IMG/VR virus record: IMGVR_UViG_3300027608_000027
Strand: one strand, 5' to 3'
DNA: 64,000 nt
Source: an uncultured virus (IMG/VR IMGVR_UViG_3300027608_000027)
Taxonomy: Duplodnaviria > Heunggongvirae > Uroviricota > Caudoviricetes
A program made the position numbers and the translations under genes. Below are positions 28,101 to 35,188 of this stretch, piece by piece; positions within the stretch are counted from its first letter, which is position 1; every line of letters starts with the position of its first letter. The notes beneath the pieces are model-generated. The model was not told the DNA's origin, ran no database searches, and saw only the letters and a program-made list of their open reading frames with translations.

Positions 28101-30520
28101 TATATGATGGTTCTACTGTACAACCTAATGGCAGAAAAGTTGCGCCAGCCGGAGCAGTGATGAAAACTATCACTGCCAGCGGCACAACAGATATTTTCTA
28201 TTTGCCAAACAACAGTGATGGTACTTATCTTGACATAAATGAAGGAGATAGAATTATATTCCGTAAGAATACTAGTGACGGAAGTATTACTCCTCGTCCA
28301 GAAGAATACGATACACAACTAAGTGGCGGAAATCTAGCATACACTACTGCTACTGGCCTAGCCACAGACGACATTAATATTGATGGCGACGGATTTGTAA
28401 CTGCAATGACTAGTAATGCCCCAGAAGAAGTTGTTCCTGGTCAAATTGTAGATACAGTGGCCATCAAAGTGTTCCAACTACCAACGTCTGGATCTAGTAA
28501 GATATTGTTTAAAAATTATATTGGCAATGGATCTAATACTGAATTTAGTCTAGCACAGATTCCATTGCAATCAGCAAGTGTGTTTGTAAAATTAGACAAT
28601 CTAATTTTAACACAAGGTGTTGATTATATAATTAATTGGGCACAGAAGAAAGTTGTACTTTCTGTAGCCCCTGCTAATAAGAAAATCGTCAGTGTAATTA
28701 CATTTAGTATTGCTTCAGAATTTTTATTAGATACAAATTATTTTGTTTCTGATGGTAGTACTTTGGAATATATCACAAATGCACCTTGGTCTAATGATGA
28801 TTCTACTGCGTTTGGTAGCATTGTTCTTGTTAACGGAGCAACAGTAGCATATGAATTATTTAGAACAGACAACAGCTATGCTAGACCAAATTGTGTAGGA
28901 ATTAATTTAACTGCTGTTCCGGCAGTTGATGCATTAATAACATATATGATCACTAGTGATGCTAATTCTTCTGCATCTGTTATTAAGACTGAAGAACTAG
29001 CAGTAGATGGTAGTACTAGAGTATTTGATATAGTGAACCCGGTGGGGCTTGCATTGCCGTATGAAAATAATATTCTTGTGTTAGTAGACGGAGAAATATT
29101 AATACCGTCTATGACAGAATATTTCACCATGAAAGATAATTCTTTAACGTACAATCTTGCTAAGTTTAAGAGCGAACCTTTTGTAATTAACCCAGTTGAT
29201 TGTAAAGTTTACATTGATGGAGAACTACTATCTTATAGTTCTCAATATGTGTTTGATTTGTCAGTTGTGTCAATAACATTAGATCCTTCAGTTTACAATG
29301 AAGGTAGCGTGTTAGCTATTGTCAATTACAGAGATAGTGAATATACTATTGATAATGATAGTACTGTTGCTCAAATTACTTTTGCAACTGCTCCTCTTGC
29401 AAACAGCACAGTTGAAGTTGTTACTTTCTACAATCACAATGTAGAAAATATCATTCGCACTAATGAATTTGTAGGCGTTACTAGCTCGTTAGATATCGAT
29501 ACTCCCGACTACTACAGATATCACAGCCTAGCTGGAAATCAATTAGAATTGTTTAAGTCTGTAAAATTTGATGACTATATTTGGGTTATTAAAAATAATC
29601 AAATGCTAACACATAGCGTTGATTATCATTTAAATTCAAATCTACGTAGTATTACATTGGCTGTTCCGTTAATAAATTCAGACGTACTAGATATAGTATT
29701 GTTTAGTGATGATCACATAACGCAAGGTTACGGTTGGATGCAGTTTAAAGATATGTTAAATCGTACACACTACAAGAGAATTTCTAAAGCTAAGAGTACT
29801 AGATTAGCAGCAGATCTTGGACAGTTTGACATTCAGATAACAGTCGAAGATGGATCAACTCTAGCACCGCCTAATCCTACTCTAAACTTACCAGGTGTAG
29901 TAGAAATACTTGGAGAAAGAATTGAGTACATGTCTAAAGTTGGAAACACATTAAGTAGACTTCGTAGAGGTACATTAGGTACTGGCGTAAAAACAACCTA
30001 TGTTGCAGGTACACTAGTTCAAGATATTGGGCCTACTGAAACTATACCTTATGCTGATCAAACTATTGTCAAGAAAGGCGACCCAATAGATACTCCTCAG
30101 TTATATACTAATGGAACTTTAGAATTGCCGTATGTACCAAACATTAACGATATAGAAGTATTTGTAGCGGGCCGTAGACTTAAAAAATCTAGTTACCAGT
30201 TATTCCAACAAGAAGCAATACGTCAAGGTAAACTTGATGCTACGTTAGCTAGCAATGACAAAGATTATCCTGACAGTTCTGAGGGTGACATAACATTTGC
30301 TGCTGAATTTGCAGTTAATGGAACATCTACATTACAACTAACAGAACTACCGTTAATATTATTAGAAGATTCGTCAGAGAATAAGTTTGAAGTAATTGTT
30401 GTTAAGAAAATTGGACAAGTTTGGGAAGATCCTGGACGCACGTTACAGCAGTCTAATGGCGCTGTAGCTAAGTTCTTAAAAGACACTGAGACTAATTTCC
30501 CAGAATATCCTGTGGAATAA
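16172..30520 (+). CDS. Giant (4782 aa) virion structural protein, gp7-like wedge/receptor-binding multi-domain protein
   Basis: Uninterrupted 14.3-kb ORF directly after gp6. FG-GAP-like repeats (FGKKVAMS, YGAEMCFS, FGSKMVMA, FGAAIDMS, FGESIAVS, FGAFVDFM, YGASIAVG), CBM5/12-like YxxGD(I/V)VxY repeats, and GxGY..P repeats. Confidence 0.7.
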   Translation: MATNNQSESALPVPGNNNSRKTSDLLPRFYKTDSNKKFFSATLDQLVQPGTVKKVSGYIGRQNAKSVVASDVFIRASDTTRQNYQLEPAAVIQDYLGNVNFFKDYIDHINHVKVFGGNVDNHERLNKQEFYAWNPNIDWDKFVNFQQYYWLPYGPTPIEVAGQQLAIESTFTVVAEDNGDNYAYLFTPDGLTRNPTITLFRGQTYKFDIDALHNPFAIKTQRVAGTLDRFTEGVTGNGTEQGTLTFVVGIDTPDVLYYVNEADANTGGTFQIKDIDENTFLNVGADILGKKSYTLSTGTALSNGMKLFFSGNVSPEIYSSGYWYVEGVGTTIKLVSEVDLEISGTYTEETALLFDDNPFDLDPFSTITNTPKEKDYIVINRSSPDRNPWSRYNRWFHKDVITASAESAGQFPEFDQTARANRPIIEFSAGLKLYNFGHQAKKNVDLIDNFTTDVFSTIEGSLGYNIDGVDVVNNMRILFTADPDRLVNGRIFKVNFIEVTVPNRQFNFNAVTGINLTTKVITTSTVHGLTTGNQVIYLNNGELNINGLTHRKVYYVRVVNDTDIQLYTNKLLSVEANIFDVGIGTHSFEVFTGLRRQINLVEEADSAPLENETILVNLGQVEELIPNSLYGNRGMMYWYNGTKWKLGPIKSTVNQQPLFDIFDPNGYSYSDTTIYDGSSFRGTKVFSYKVGTGTNDAVLGFPLSYQNINNVGDIQFEFNLLKDSFTYKDVADVLSKTTSVGYLKLINALTTYSYENGWKTSLIDNIQPVVRIFKEEYRTLFDGSKNLIVNNFPVDVFDFKDQLTDLEIKVYVNGRRQNKDSFTVINGPTYKTVVLTTDVTNADVVTLKCYAKQLKNDKGYYETPISLQNNPLNNDVTQFTLGEVIDHVDTIVDNITTFSGTYPGDGNLRDIGNLTPYGARFVQHSAPLNFSLYHLGSQTSNMFKSLEQARDDYGKFKRAFITYASNAGIDTDPRPFVDIILTELAKDKPKTSPYYLSDMFGYSGSKRLEYTVLDGRIKTYPLTSAFNLALLSNKAVGVYLNGNQLLHGRDYTFGTDVFFTILVELVEDDLIEVYEYESTDGTFCPPTPTKLGLYPLFEPKIYTDDTYLEPTTVIQGHDGSITIAYDDYRDDLILELEMRIFNNIKISYNSDIFNIYDFIPGYSRTTEYSKFETDNVLGQFFFQWTANVNQDFTQPNIDLWSRLNPFTFNYRGNFAPNGTDIPGFWRGVYRWMLDTDRPHTHPWECLGFSIEPTWWQDVYGTVPYTSDNYVLWEDIRQGIIRQPGVPIRILEKFAKPILSSGKPVDEDGNLISPLYASYANGPIKETAEGSWVFGDQAPVETAWRRSSYYPFALMQTALLLHPNKVLGSTFDRSRIVRNLSNQLIYKDTGRRIRLEDLAVTSTALSSTRVYTAGLVNYLVDYLTSDTTALLDQYADDLQSLTTKIAAKLGGFTSKAKFKLILDSKNPSSSGGVFIPEENYNIFLNTSSPTNRLAYSGVVITKYADGYEIRGYIKDQPYFVYYPYQQNERVINVGGISESFINWESDKYYTAGKLVRYNNQYFRVKITHQSTTEFDPDYFTRLAALPVTGGREAIIRKSWDKNTKITISYGTKFKQIQEVVDFLQGYGAYLQEQGFVFDEYNQNLKAVDSWETSVKEFLFWSTQNWAVGSALAVSPSARYMLVKSDTAVVDNIQNSFYGYKVYRVDGEKIDPEFTNTYREENEFSLSPQNTNHGLYGAVLHTVQKEHVLILDNVTQFNDIIYDQAPGYRQERIKILGYVSANWNGSFNVPGFIFDTARIADWTQWSDYNLGDIVKYKEFYYSAKSFLPGVAEFDNSSWVLLEEKPTAQLLPNWDYRAEQFTDFYDLDSDNFDSEQQKMAQHLIGYQKRQYLENIIQDDLSQYKFYQGMISEKGTQNVFNKLFDVLSADGQESLTFNEEWAVRVGAYGATDSYKEIEFKLDESLFKLNPQPIELTSTINPSIVDFVYRQVPTDIVVKPVGYNNEPWPVEGTEQYLRTPGYVRYEDVKLNVDSLEDVIAYDISTFEEGDYIWCAFENKLNSFNDYWNVYRFTKNTFGIADVEYASGTLTLQCDRTPNVAAGDIIGIENATAIQGFYTVASIVNKNIIIKTTIKDWTSPFTDSSEILTYKFIRSRIDNANNINDLLPPKIKAGELIWADNNGNGLKTVYENNKVYGQKSLSKASPILPNVNFGKKVAMSENGKTAAVADNNKVTIFVKNSLGNWLEQDIMTADFESSVTTIARSTASGTNIITADDTYSFELNDPVMFSGVTVGSIISGRTYFVKTKPSNVTFTISETPGGPTVALTSNSINMNVHLKLEYGAEMCFSPDAEWLAIAAPRASNVRSAWRGDYDGGHEYNAGDVVQLRTNFTTERSLNSHWTARGNIPVADWSTINSFSQDWSATDLITVNKQFADAAYLTTGYENLGYVDLYRRSSSTGSYDLAHSFVSPNPTQGERFGSKMVMAQSGSEYVLAVTSPGTDTESVDSTVVQGRVYMYRYGTGAGDDSSVRWQMDYDRNYQGAFDSSRSYLQGDIVFYDYNLYECVGNTDFQNPAPDQSSLWSPVTKSNILGYFPQESSLFDVNNNDLTLAALEGQTIESVQPGDKFGAAIDMSSDGQTLIISAPGADQDTYENYKGPFRTSLKYFENDVVYYNGYYYKFNQTASADPIISFNTTHWDKVSTETRSINSGKVFIYTYNGVGYELTQTLTSDNVDIEREDQFGESIAVSATGGYIAVGTSLYDSDKRDAGRVIIFKKGTTYTKNQLLYSYTKETFERFGAFVDFMNDDETLVVFSGNGDVERVTTFDLGKLTIDNDTLRIADLQVDTGRVDIFDKYNENYIYGESLDTSVTNDDTDRYGASIAVGNNNIYVSSQRDDGSTSTFVQREGKVYAYYKLANATSWSVLHQEVKKPNVRKIKKSYLYNTTTSKLISYLDVVDPIQGKIPGPADQEIRFKTYFDPAVYSVGTSAVNVDVGMNWTKSQVGMLWWDLTRAKFLDNQIGETIYRSTTWNRLYETASIDIYEWVESKFLPADWDILSGTDKGTAAGISGTSKYGSAVYSVKKRYDNVSKTFINTYYYWVKNPTITPNVLDRKLSAFNVSNLIADPTGQNYSCIALTGANTFSLINATSLIEGTSSNLNIQYWIVDADYTQQNAHSQWKIISENLNTVIPREIEKKWVDSLVGKDAFDRVVPDPSLPIKQQYGILFRPRQSMFVNRTEALKQYIERVNSVLATRLIADDYDTSNLLLVDPSPSPVLGLWDSSVDTEAELRFIGTANLRAAILEPIIIDGRVFGVTIIDSGYGYINAPYLHITGQGKNANVKTIINATGQVTGIEIINKGEGYLDNTIFEIRPFSALVLSDSTTFDKWSIYEWNSATVTWERTRSQGYDVTKYWSYQDWYSAGYNQFTKIDHVVENTYELATLDVEINQIVKVNNIGTGGWLLLEKYANIATIDYTENYKVIGRQNGTIKFSSSLYNFSNSIIGYGSDLYDSTYYDNLAVKELRIIIDTIKTKILVDDLKVEYLKLFFSSVRYALQEQAFVDWAFKTSFVKATHNVGDLKQKVTYNSDNLESFEDYVNEVKPYRTQVREYISSYSKVDPNPNSVTDFDLPPLINENFTVDPLTVKISPTGAIESGYAVLQQYPWKHWYDHVGFKITTIEIVDGGSGYIDNPVVRINGGFGTGAVAKAYISNGKVNRIQLVNSGTGFLKAPEIVIDGGLAVDGVQARAVAIIESEVVRANKISIKFDRTSKTYFVSEITETETFVGTGSRLQFALKFSPLTKIGTSSVKLYQVGLDPDNATVTGVDVLREDYTLTSKKSTAKGYTSYSGLLTLATAPAVGETIRITYTKDFNHLSATDRIKFYYNPTTGMLGKDADDFYAQLMTGVDYGGVSLTGLGFNIGGGWDTLPFFTDSWDGFDADFDDYIKVVGSDSDAHYEHQLPYTPTAGTILNVYVNEQRIDDPYFDLYDGSTVQPNGRKVAPAGAVMKTITASGTTDIFYLPNNSDGTYLDINEGDRIIFRKNTSDGSITPRPEEYDTQLSGGNLAYTTATGLATDDINIDGDGFVTAMTSNAPEEVVPGQIVDTVAIKVFQLPTSGSSKILFKNYIGNGSNTEFSLAQIPLQSASVFVKLDNLILTQGVDYIINWAQKKVVLSVAPANKKIVSVITFSIASEFLLDTNYFVSDGSTLEYITNAPWSNDDSTAFGSIVLVNGATVAYELFRTDNSYARPNCVGINLTAVPAVDALITYMITSDANSSASVIKTEELAVDGSTRVFDIVNPVGLALPYENNILVLVDGEILIPSMTEYFTMKDNSLTYNLAKFKSEPFVINPVDCKVYIDGELLSYSSQYVFDLSVVSITLDPSVYNEGSVLAIVNYRDSEYTIDNDSTVAQITFATAPLANSTVEVVTFYNHNVENIIRTNEFVGVTSSLDIDTPDYYRYHSLAGNQLELFKSVKFDDYIWVIKNNQMLTHSVDYHLNSNLRSITLAVPLINSDVLDIVLFSDDHITQGYGWMQFKDMLNRTHYKRISKAKSTRLAADLGQFDIQITVEDGSTLAPPNPTLNLPGVVEILGERIEYMSKVGNTLSRLRRGTLGTGVKTTYVAGTLVQDIGPTETIPYADQTIVKKGDPIDTPQLYTNGTLELPYVPNINDIEVFVAGRRLKKSSYQLFQQEAIRQGKLDATLASNDKDYPDSSEGDITFAAEFAVNGTSTLQLTELPLILLEDSSENKFEVIVVKKIGQVWEDPGRTLQQSNGAVAKFLKDTETNFPEYPVE

Positions 30521-30550
30521 ATATGATTAAATATACTAAAGAGAGCAATT

Positions 30551-31162
30551 ATGCAAGGTAAAGATTTATCCGGAATCCACATCGAAGGTCATATAAAGAT
30601 ACATGATCCAAAGAGCGGAGAAGTATTCATTAATAAACGTAATGCTATCCATTATGAAAATATGAGTATTTCTCTAGCAGAAAGCATTGCCAATGCTGGG
30701 CAAGGATTCATCTATGAAATGTCATTTGGCAACGGTGGAACCACAATAGACCCAACTGGTATTATTACCTACTTGACCCCTAATAGCACTGGAACAAACG
30801 CTAGTTTATACAACGAAACTTATAGTAAAGTGGTTGATGACCGCGCAGTTGTAAATTTAGATCCTACAAGAAATAAAATAGAAACACGACATGTAACTGG
30901 TACAAACTATACTGATGTCTTTATTACTTGTTTGTTAGACTACGGCGAGCCTGCAGCTCAAGAAGCTTTTGATAATACAAATAATAACGAAAGTGCTTAT
31001 GTATTTGATGAATTAGGACTACGTGCATATAGTACAACGGGTACTGGTAGATTGTTAACGCATGTTATCTTCCATCCTGTGCAGAAATCATTAAATCGTT
31101 TAATTCAAATTGACTATACTGTGCGTATTCAAAGTCTAACAGGTCTAAGTGAGGTAGCATAA
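30551..31162 (+). CDS. Conserved baseplate/virion structural protein
   Basis: 203 aa, beta-rich, FDELGL and HVIFHPVQKSLNR motifs; tandem TAAATA at 30518-30523 and 30528-30533. Confidence 0.55.
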   Translation: MQGKDLSGIHIEGHIKIHDPKSGEVFINKRNAIHYENMSISLAESIANAGQGFIYEMSFGNGGTTIDPTGIITYLTPNSTGTNASLYNETYSKVVDDRAVVNLDPTRNKIETRHVTGTNYTDVFITCLLDYGEPAAQEAFDNTNNNESAYVFDELGLRAYSTTGTGRLLTHVIFHPVQKSLNRLIQIDYTVRIQSLTGLSEVA

Positions 31163-33309
31163 TGTCATATCAAATAGACCGTACTGATAAAACAAACTAT
31201 GGTAGCATTACTGTAGCAGATCAAGAAATTAATCAAGAAACAAGTCTAGGGTTTGTTGGTAAAAATTATACAGGTTATGCAAAAACTTTTGGTGAAAACT
31301 TTTTACACTTATTAGAAAATTTTGCAAAAGCTACTGCACCAACAAATCCAGTAATTGGACAACTATGGTATGACACTAATTCTACAGCAAATCCTTCACA
31401 ACCTCAGTTAAAAGTATACGATGGCACTAAATGGGTAGCAGCCGGTAACGTTGAACGTAAACCTAATCAGCCAACCTCGGCAACAATTGGGGATTTATGG
31501 GTAGATACTGCTAATCAACAACTATACTTGTGGTCAGGATCAACTTGGATATTAGTAGGACCTCAATTTAGTGAAGGTACACAATCTGGACCTGTGGTTG
31601 AAAGTGTATTTGATACATTAAATTCACCACATGTTATTATAAAATTTATTGTAGGCGGAGAAATTGTTGTTATTATTAGCAAGGATGCATTTACGCCTAA
31701 GGTCACAATTGACGGATTTGCGGTTGTTAACCAAGGTATTAATATATCCAAAAAAGATTTTGATCTTGACGGTAATATGTTAAACAAACTATGGGGAACA
31801 GCAGAATCATCAGACGCATTAACAGTATCAAATGAAATAGTTCCTGCTGCAAATTTCCTTAGAAGTGACAAAGTTAGTACAACTAATTATGGTATTAGTA
31901 TTAGAAATAACTCTGGACTTACATTTGGTTCAGATTTAAATGTATCACTAAGTACAGAAAGTGGAGATACTGTACTTTATAACAGTACTGCTGGAAAAAG
32001 TTTATTTGTTAAATTAAAAACACAATCTGGTGCTGTTGAAAGAGTTATAACTGTCACTAATACTAATGTAGGTATTAATAAAACTAATCCTACAGAAGCG
32101 TTAGATGTAACTGGAAAAATTGTAACTAGTGACGGGTTAACAGTAACATCAACAACAAACGCAACAGACTTATTAACAGGTAGTATCAAAACTGTTGGTG
32201 GAGCAAGTGTAACTAAAAGTTTGTTTGTAGGACAGGGTATTGATGTTACTGGAACAATTGACTCGAACAATATTATTCCTAAAACAACTAGTGTGTATGA
32301 TCTAGGTAGCTCTACAAAATCGTTTAACAGAATTTACGCCGATGCGGTAGGCAATGTTGATAATTCAACACAGTTTGTAGGAACATTTACCGGAAGTTTT
32401 GCCGGATCTGTTACTGGTACCGCGTCTAGATTAACAAGTCCTACGGTGTTTAGTATTACTGGGGATGTTGCTAGTACCAATGCTATTAGTTTTACAGGTC
32501 AGCAACCTAGTGGTGTTGCTACTTTTATTACAGAACTTAGTGCAGATTTTATTAATAATAAAACAACAGCTACGGATTCTTTAGCAACTGATCAAATTCT
32601 TATTAATAGACCTAGTGTTGGCCTAAGAAAAATAACAAAAACTACATTTTTAGCTCAGGTGGCAACGGTTCCTACAGCAGCAATATTTCCATTTGCAGGC
32701 GCAGAAACTGCAGTACCAAATGGATACTTGTTATGTGATGGCGCTGAAATATTAATTAGTAATTATCCAGAGTTATATGCCGTTATTGGATATACTTATA
32801 AAGCAGTAGGTAGTCTAGTAGGTCTTGCTACGTTTGGATTACCTGATTTAAGGGGTAGATTTCCGTTAGGCGCTGATAACATGAATAATGGAATAGAAGT
32901 TCCATTATTACCAACCGGTGCAACTTCGGGACCAACTACTGTAGACGTAGATGATAATTCTAGTTTAACTGCAAATCGAGTAACTGATGTTACGGCTGAT
33001 ACAATCGGTGAAGGCAACGGGGTTGAAGAACGTGCTATTATTACTAGTAATCTTCCAGAACACCAACACGATATGAAAGGCTCTGCTGGTACACAGTTTT
33101 ATGCTATTAGAGATAACACAAGTTCTGAAATTATTCCTGACATTGATGCAGTGGACCATACAACAACTGGTGGAAGCATTAGTGGTAACGCAAAATTTTT
33201 ACCTAATAGTGGCGGCATACTGGGAGCAACGTCAACTGATGTACCATTAAATGTAATGAACCCATATCTAACAATTAATTATATTATTTTTACTGGTAGG
33301 ATTGCATAA
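31162..33309 (+). CDS. Tail fibre protein with C-terminal phage tail-collar domain
   Basis: Shared fibre N-domain (GKNYTGY...ENFLHLLENFA...GQLWYD). Collar motif PTAAIFPFAG..PNGYLLCDG...YPELYAVIG...LPDLRGRFPLG, then LPEHQH and NPYLTINYII. Confidence 0.85.
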   Translation: MSYQIDRTDKTNYGSITVADQEINQETSLGFVGKNYTGYAKTFGENFLHLLENFAKATAPTNPVIGQLWYDTNSTANPSQPQLKVYDGTKWVAAGNVERKPNQPTSATIGDLWVDTANQQLYLWSGSTWILVGPQFSEGTQSGPVVESVFDTLNSPHVIIKFIVGGEIVVIISKDAFTPKVTIDGFAVVNQGINISKKDFDLDGNMLNKLWGTAESSDALTVSNEIVPAANFLRSDKVSTTNYGISIRNNSGLTFGSDLNVSLSTESGDTVLYNSTAGKSLFVKLKTQSGAVERVITVTNTNVGINKTNPTEALDVTGKIVTSDGLTVTSTTNATDLLTGSIKTVGGASVTKSLFVGQGIDVTGTIDSNNIIPKTTSVYDLGSSTKSFNRIYADAVGNVDNSTQFVGTFTGSFAGSVTGTASRLTSPTVFSITGDVASTNAISFTGQQPSGVATFITELSADFINNKTTATDSLATDQILINRPSVGLRKITKTTFLAQVATVPTAAIFPFAGAETAVPNGYLLCDGAEILISNYPELYAVIGYTYKAVGSLVGLATFGLPDLRGRFPLGADNMNNGIEVPLLPTGATSGPTTVDVDDNSSLTANRVTDVTADTIGEGNGVEERAIITSNLPEHQHDMKGSAGTQFYAIRDNTSSEIIPDIDAVDHTTTGGSISGNAKFLPNSGGILGATSTDVPLNVMNPYLTINYIIFTGRIA

Positions 33310-35147
33310 TGGCATATAAAATAAACAAAACTGACGGTTCATTATTAACTGAAATTGTAGACAGCACGATTGATCAAACAGCTAGCGACCTTACACTTAT
33401 AGGTAAAAATGTATCCGGCTTCGGCGAATTTATTAATGAAAACTTTGTAAAACTTCTTGAAAATTTTGCAGCCACTAGTTCCCCAAATAATCCTATTGCT
33501 GGTCAAATATGGTATGACACCAGTCAGAATAGATTAAAGGTCTACGACGGCGCAGGGTTTAGACAAGGCAGCGGCCCTATAGTATCAGGTGCAGTGCCAT
33601 CTAACTTAGTGCAAGGAGATTTATGGATTGACAGTTTAGAAAATCAATTGTATTTTTATGACGGAACTGATAGACAACTCGCCGGCCCAATATATAAAGC
33701 AAGTCAAGATGTTTCTGGATTTACTGTTGACACAATTATTGATTCTAATAACTCAGAAAAAACTGTATTGAAGCTATGGGTTAATGGTATATTGTTAGGA
33801 ATATTCAGCAGAAACACTATAGAATTTACGCCTAAGGTTACAATTACTGATTTTTCAGGAACAATTAAACCTGGATTTAATGCAAGTACACTTGCAGGAA
33901 TGAAATTTAATGTAACTTCTAGTAAAGCTGATGCACTAGTTGATACTCTAGGAAATCTATATACTTCTAATAGTTTTATGAGTACAACTGCTAATACTAC
34001 GACTACTGGACAGATTAGAATTCAAAATTCAACACCGTTAATTCTTGGTGCTAATCAAAACTACGAAGTAACCGCAACTACAACTGCACTGGCAATAACT
34101 AGCAATAATGCTGGACAAAATTATCAAATTAAAATTAAAAATGCCGGCGGGACACGAGATGCAATCACGGTAAGAGCAACTACTGAACGTGTTGGTATTT
34201 TTAACGATAATCCTGCATACACATTTGATGTAAATGGCGATGCAAGAATTACAGGTAACCTTACAGTTGAAGGTGTAACTACTAGTATTGAAAGTACTAA
34301 TTTAATTATTGAAGATAAAAACATTGTTATAGCAAATGTTGCTTCCCCGACAAATTTTACAGCTGATGGCGGCGGCATAACGATCAAAGGATCTACTGAT
34401 AAAACAATTGTGTATAATCAGTCTAATAATAGATTTAATATTTCTGAATCTATCAATCTTGCTTCGGGTAAGACACTACAAATTAATGGAGTTACTGTTA
34501 TTTCAGGTAGTGCATTGGGTAGTGGAATCACTAGTGCTCCGGGAATTACAGCGTTTGGCCCACAAACAGAAATCACAGTTGATAACTTATATCTAAATTC
34601 TAATAGAATACAGTCAATTAACACTGACGGTGATATTGAATTAGAACCAAACGGATTAGGGAATGTTGCACTTTACGGTAGTCCTAAAATTACAGGTCTT
34701 GCTACCCCAACAACGGGTACAGATGCAGCCAATAAAACCTATGTTGATAATACTGTAAATGCAAAAGCTCTTGCACTTAGTATGGATACAACAGGGTTAA
34801 ATGATTTACAAATATCAAACTATTTGCAAGAAATTGCCCCAGCTGCTAATTATGTTTTAGGAACACAGGCTAGAATACATTGTACACGACAAATATCTAC
34901 TTATGCATCAACTCCGTTAACAGCTAGTACATATCCTAGCACTAGCGGCAATATAGTTAAAACTTATGTAGCAGTTGATAAAGTAGGCGGTTCAGAAAAT
35001 CAGCCAGTTTTAGAAGATATTGCAGTGACATTAAACTTAGGAAATTCAACAGTGACTGTTGAAAGAACTACAAAATTATTTGAAATTAACATTATTACGG
35101 GCGTATGGACATATGTTTCAACTATCAGCGGCCCGACAATAACATGA
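33309..35147 (+). CDS. Tail fibre protein
   Basis: Same N-domain (GKNVSGFGEFINENFVKLLENFA...GQIWYD); Thr/Gly-rich fibre repeats; DAANKTYVD motif. Confidence 0.75.
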   Translation: MAYKINKTDGSLLTEIVDSTIDQTASDLTLIGKNVSGFGEFINENFVKLLENFAATSSPNNPIAGQIWYDTSQNRLKVYDGAGFRQGSGPIVSGAVPSNLVQGDLWIDSLENQLYFYDGTDRQLAGPIYKASQDVSGFTVDTIIDSNNSEKTVLKLWVNGILLGIFSRNTIEFTPKVTITDFSGTIKPGFNASTLAGMKFNVTSSKADALVDTLGNLYTSNSFMSTTANTTTTGQIRIQNSTPLILGANQNYEVTATTTALAITSNNAGQNYQIKIKNAGGTRDAITVRATTERVGIFNDNPAYTFDVNGDARITGNLTVEGVTTSIESTNLIIEDKNIVIANVASPTNFTADGGGITIKGSTDKTIVYNQSNNRFNISESINLASGKTLQINGVTVISGSALGSGITSAPGITAFGPQTEITVDNLYLNSNRIQSINTDGDIELEPNGLGNVALYGSPKITGLATPTTGTDAANKTYVDNTVNAKALALSMDTTGLNDLQISNYLQEIAPAANYVLGTQARIHCTRQISTYASTPLTASTYPSTSGNIVKTYVAVDKVGGSENQPVLEDIAVTLNLGNSTVTVERTTKLFEINIITGVWTYVSTISGPTIT

Positions 35148-35188
35148 TTATAATACAGCTAAATACAACGAGTTAAGGGGTTGCTTGC

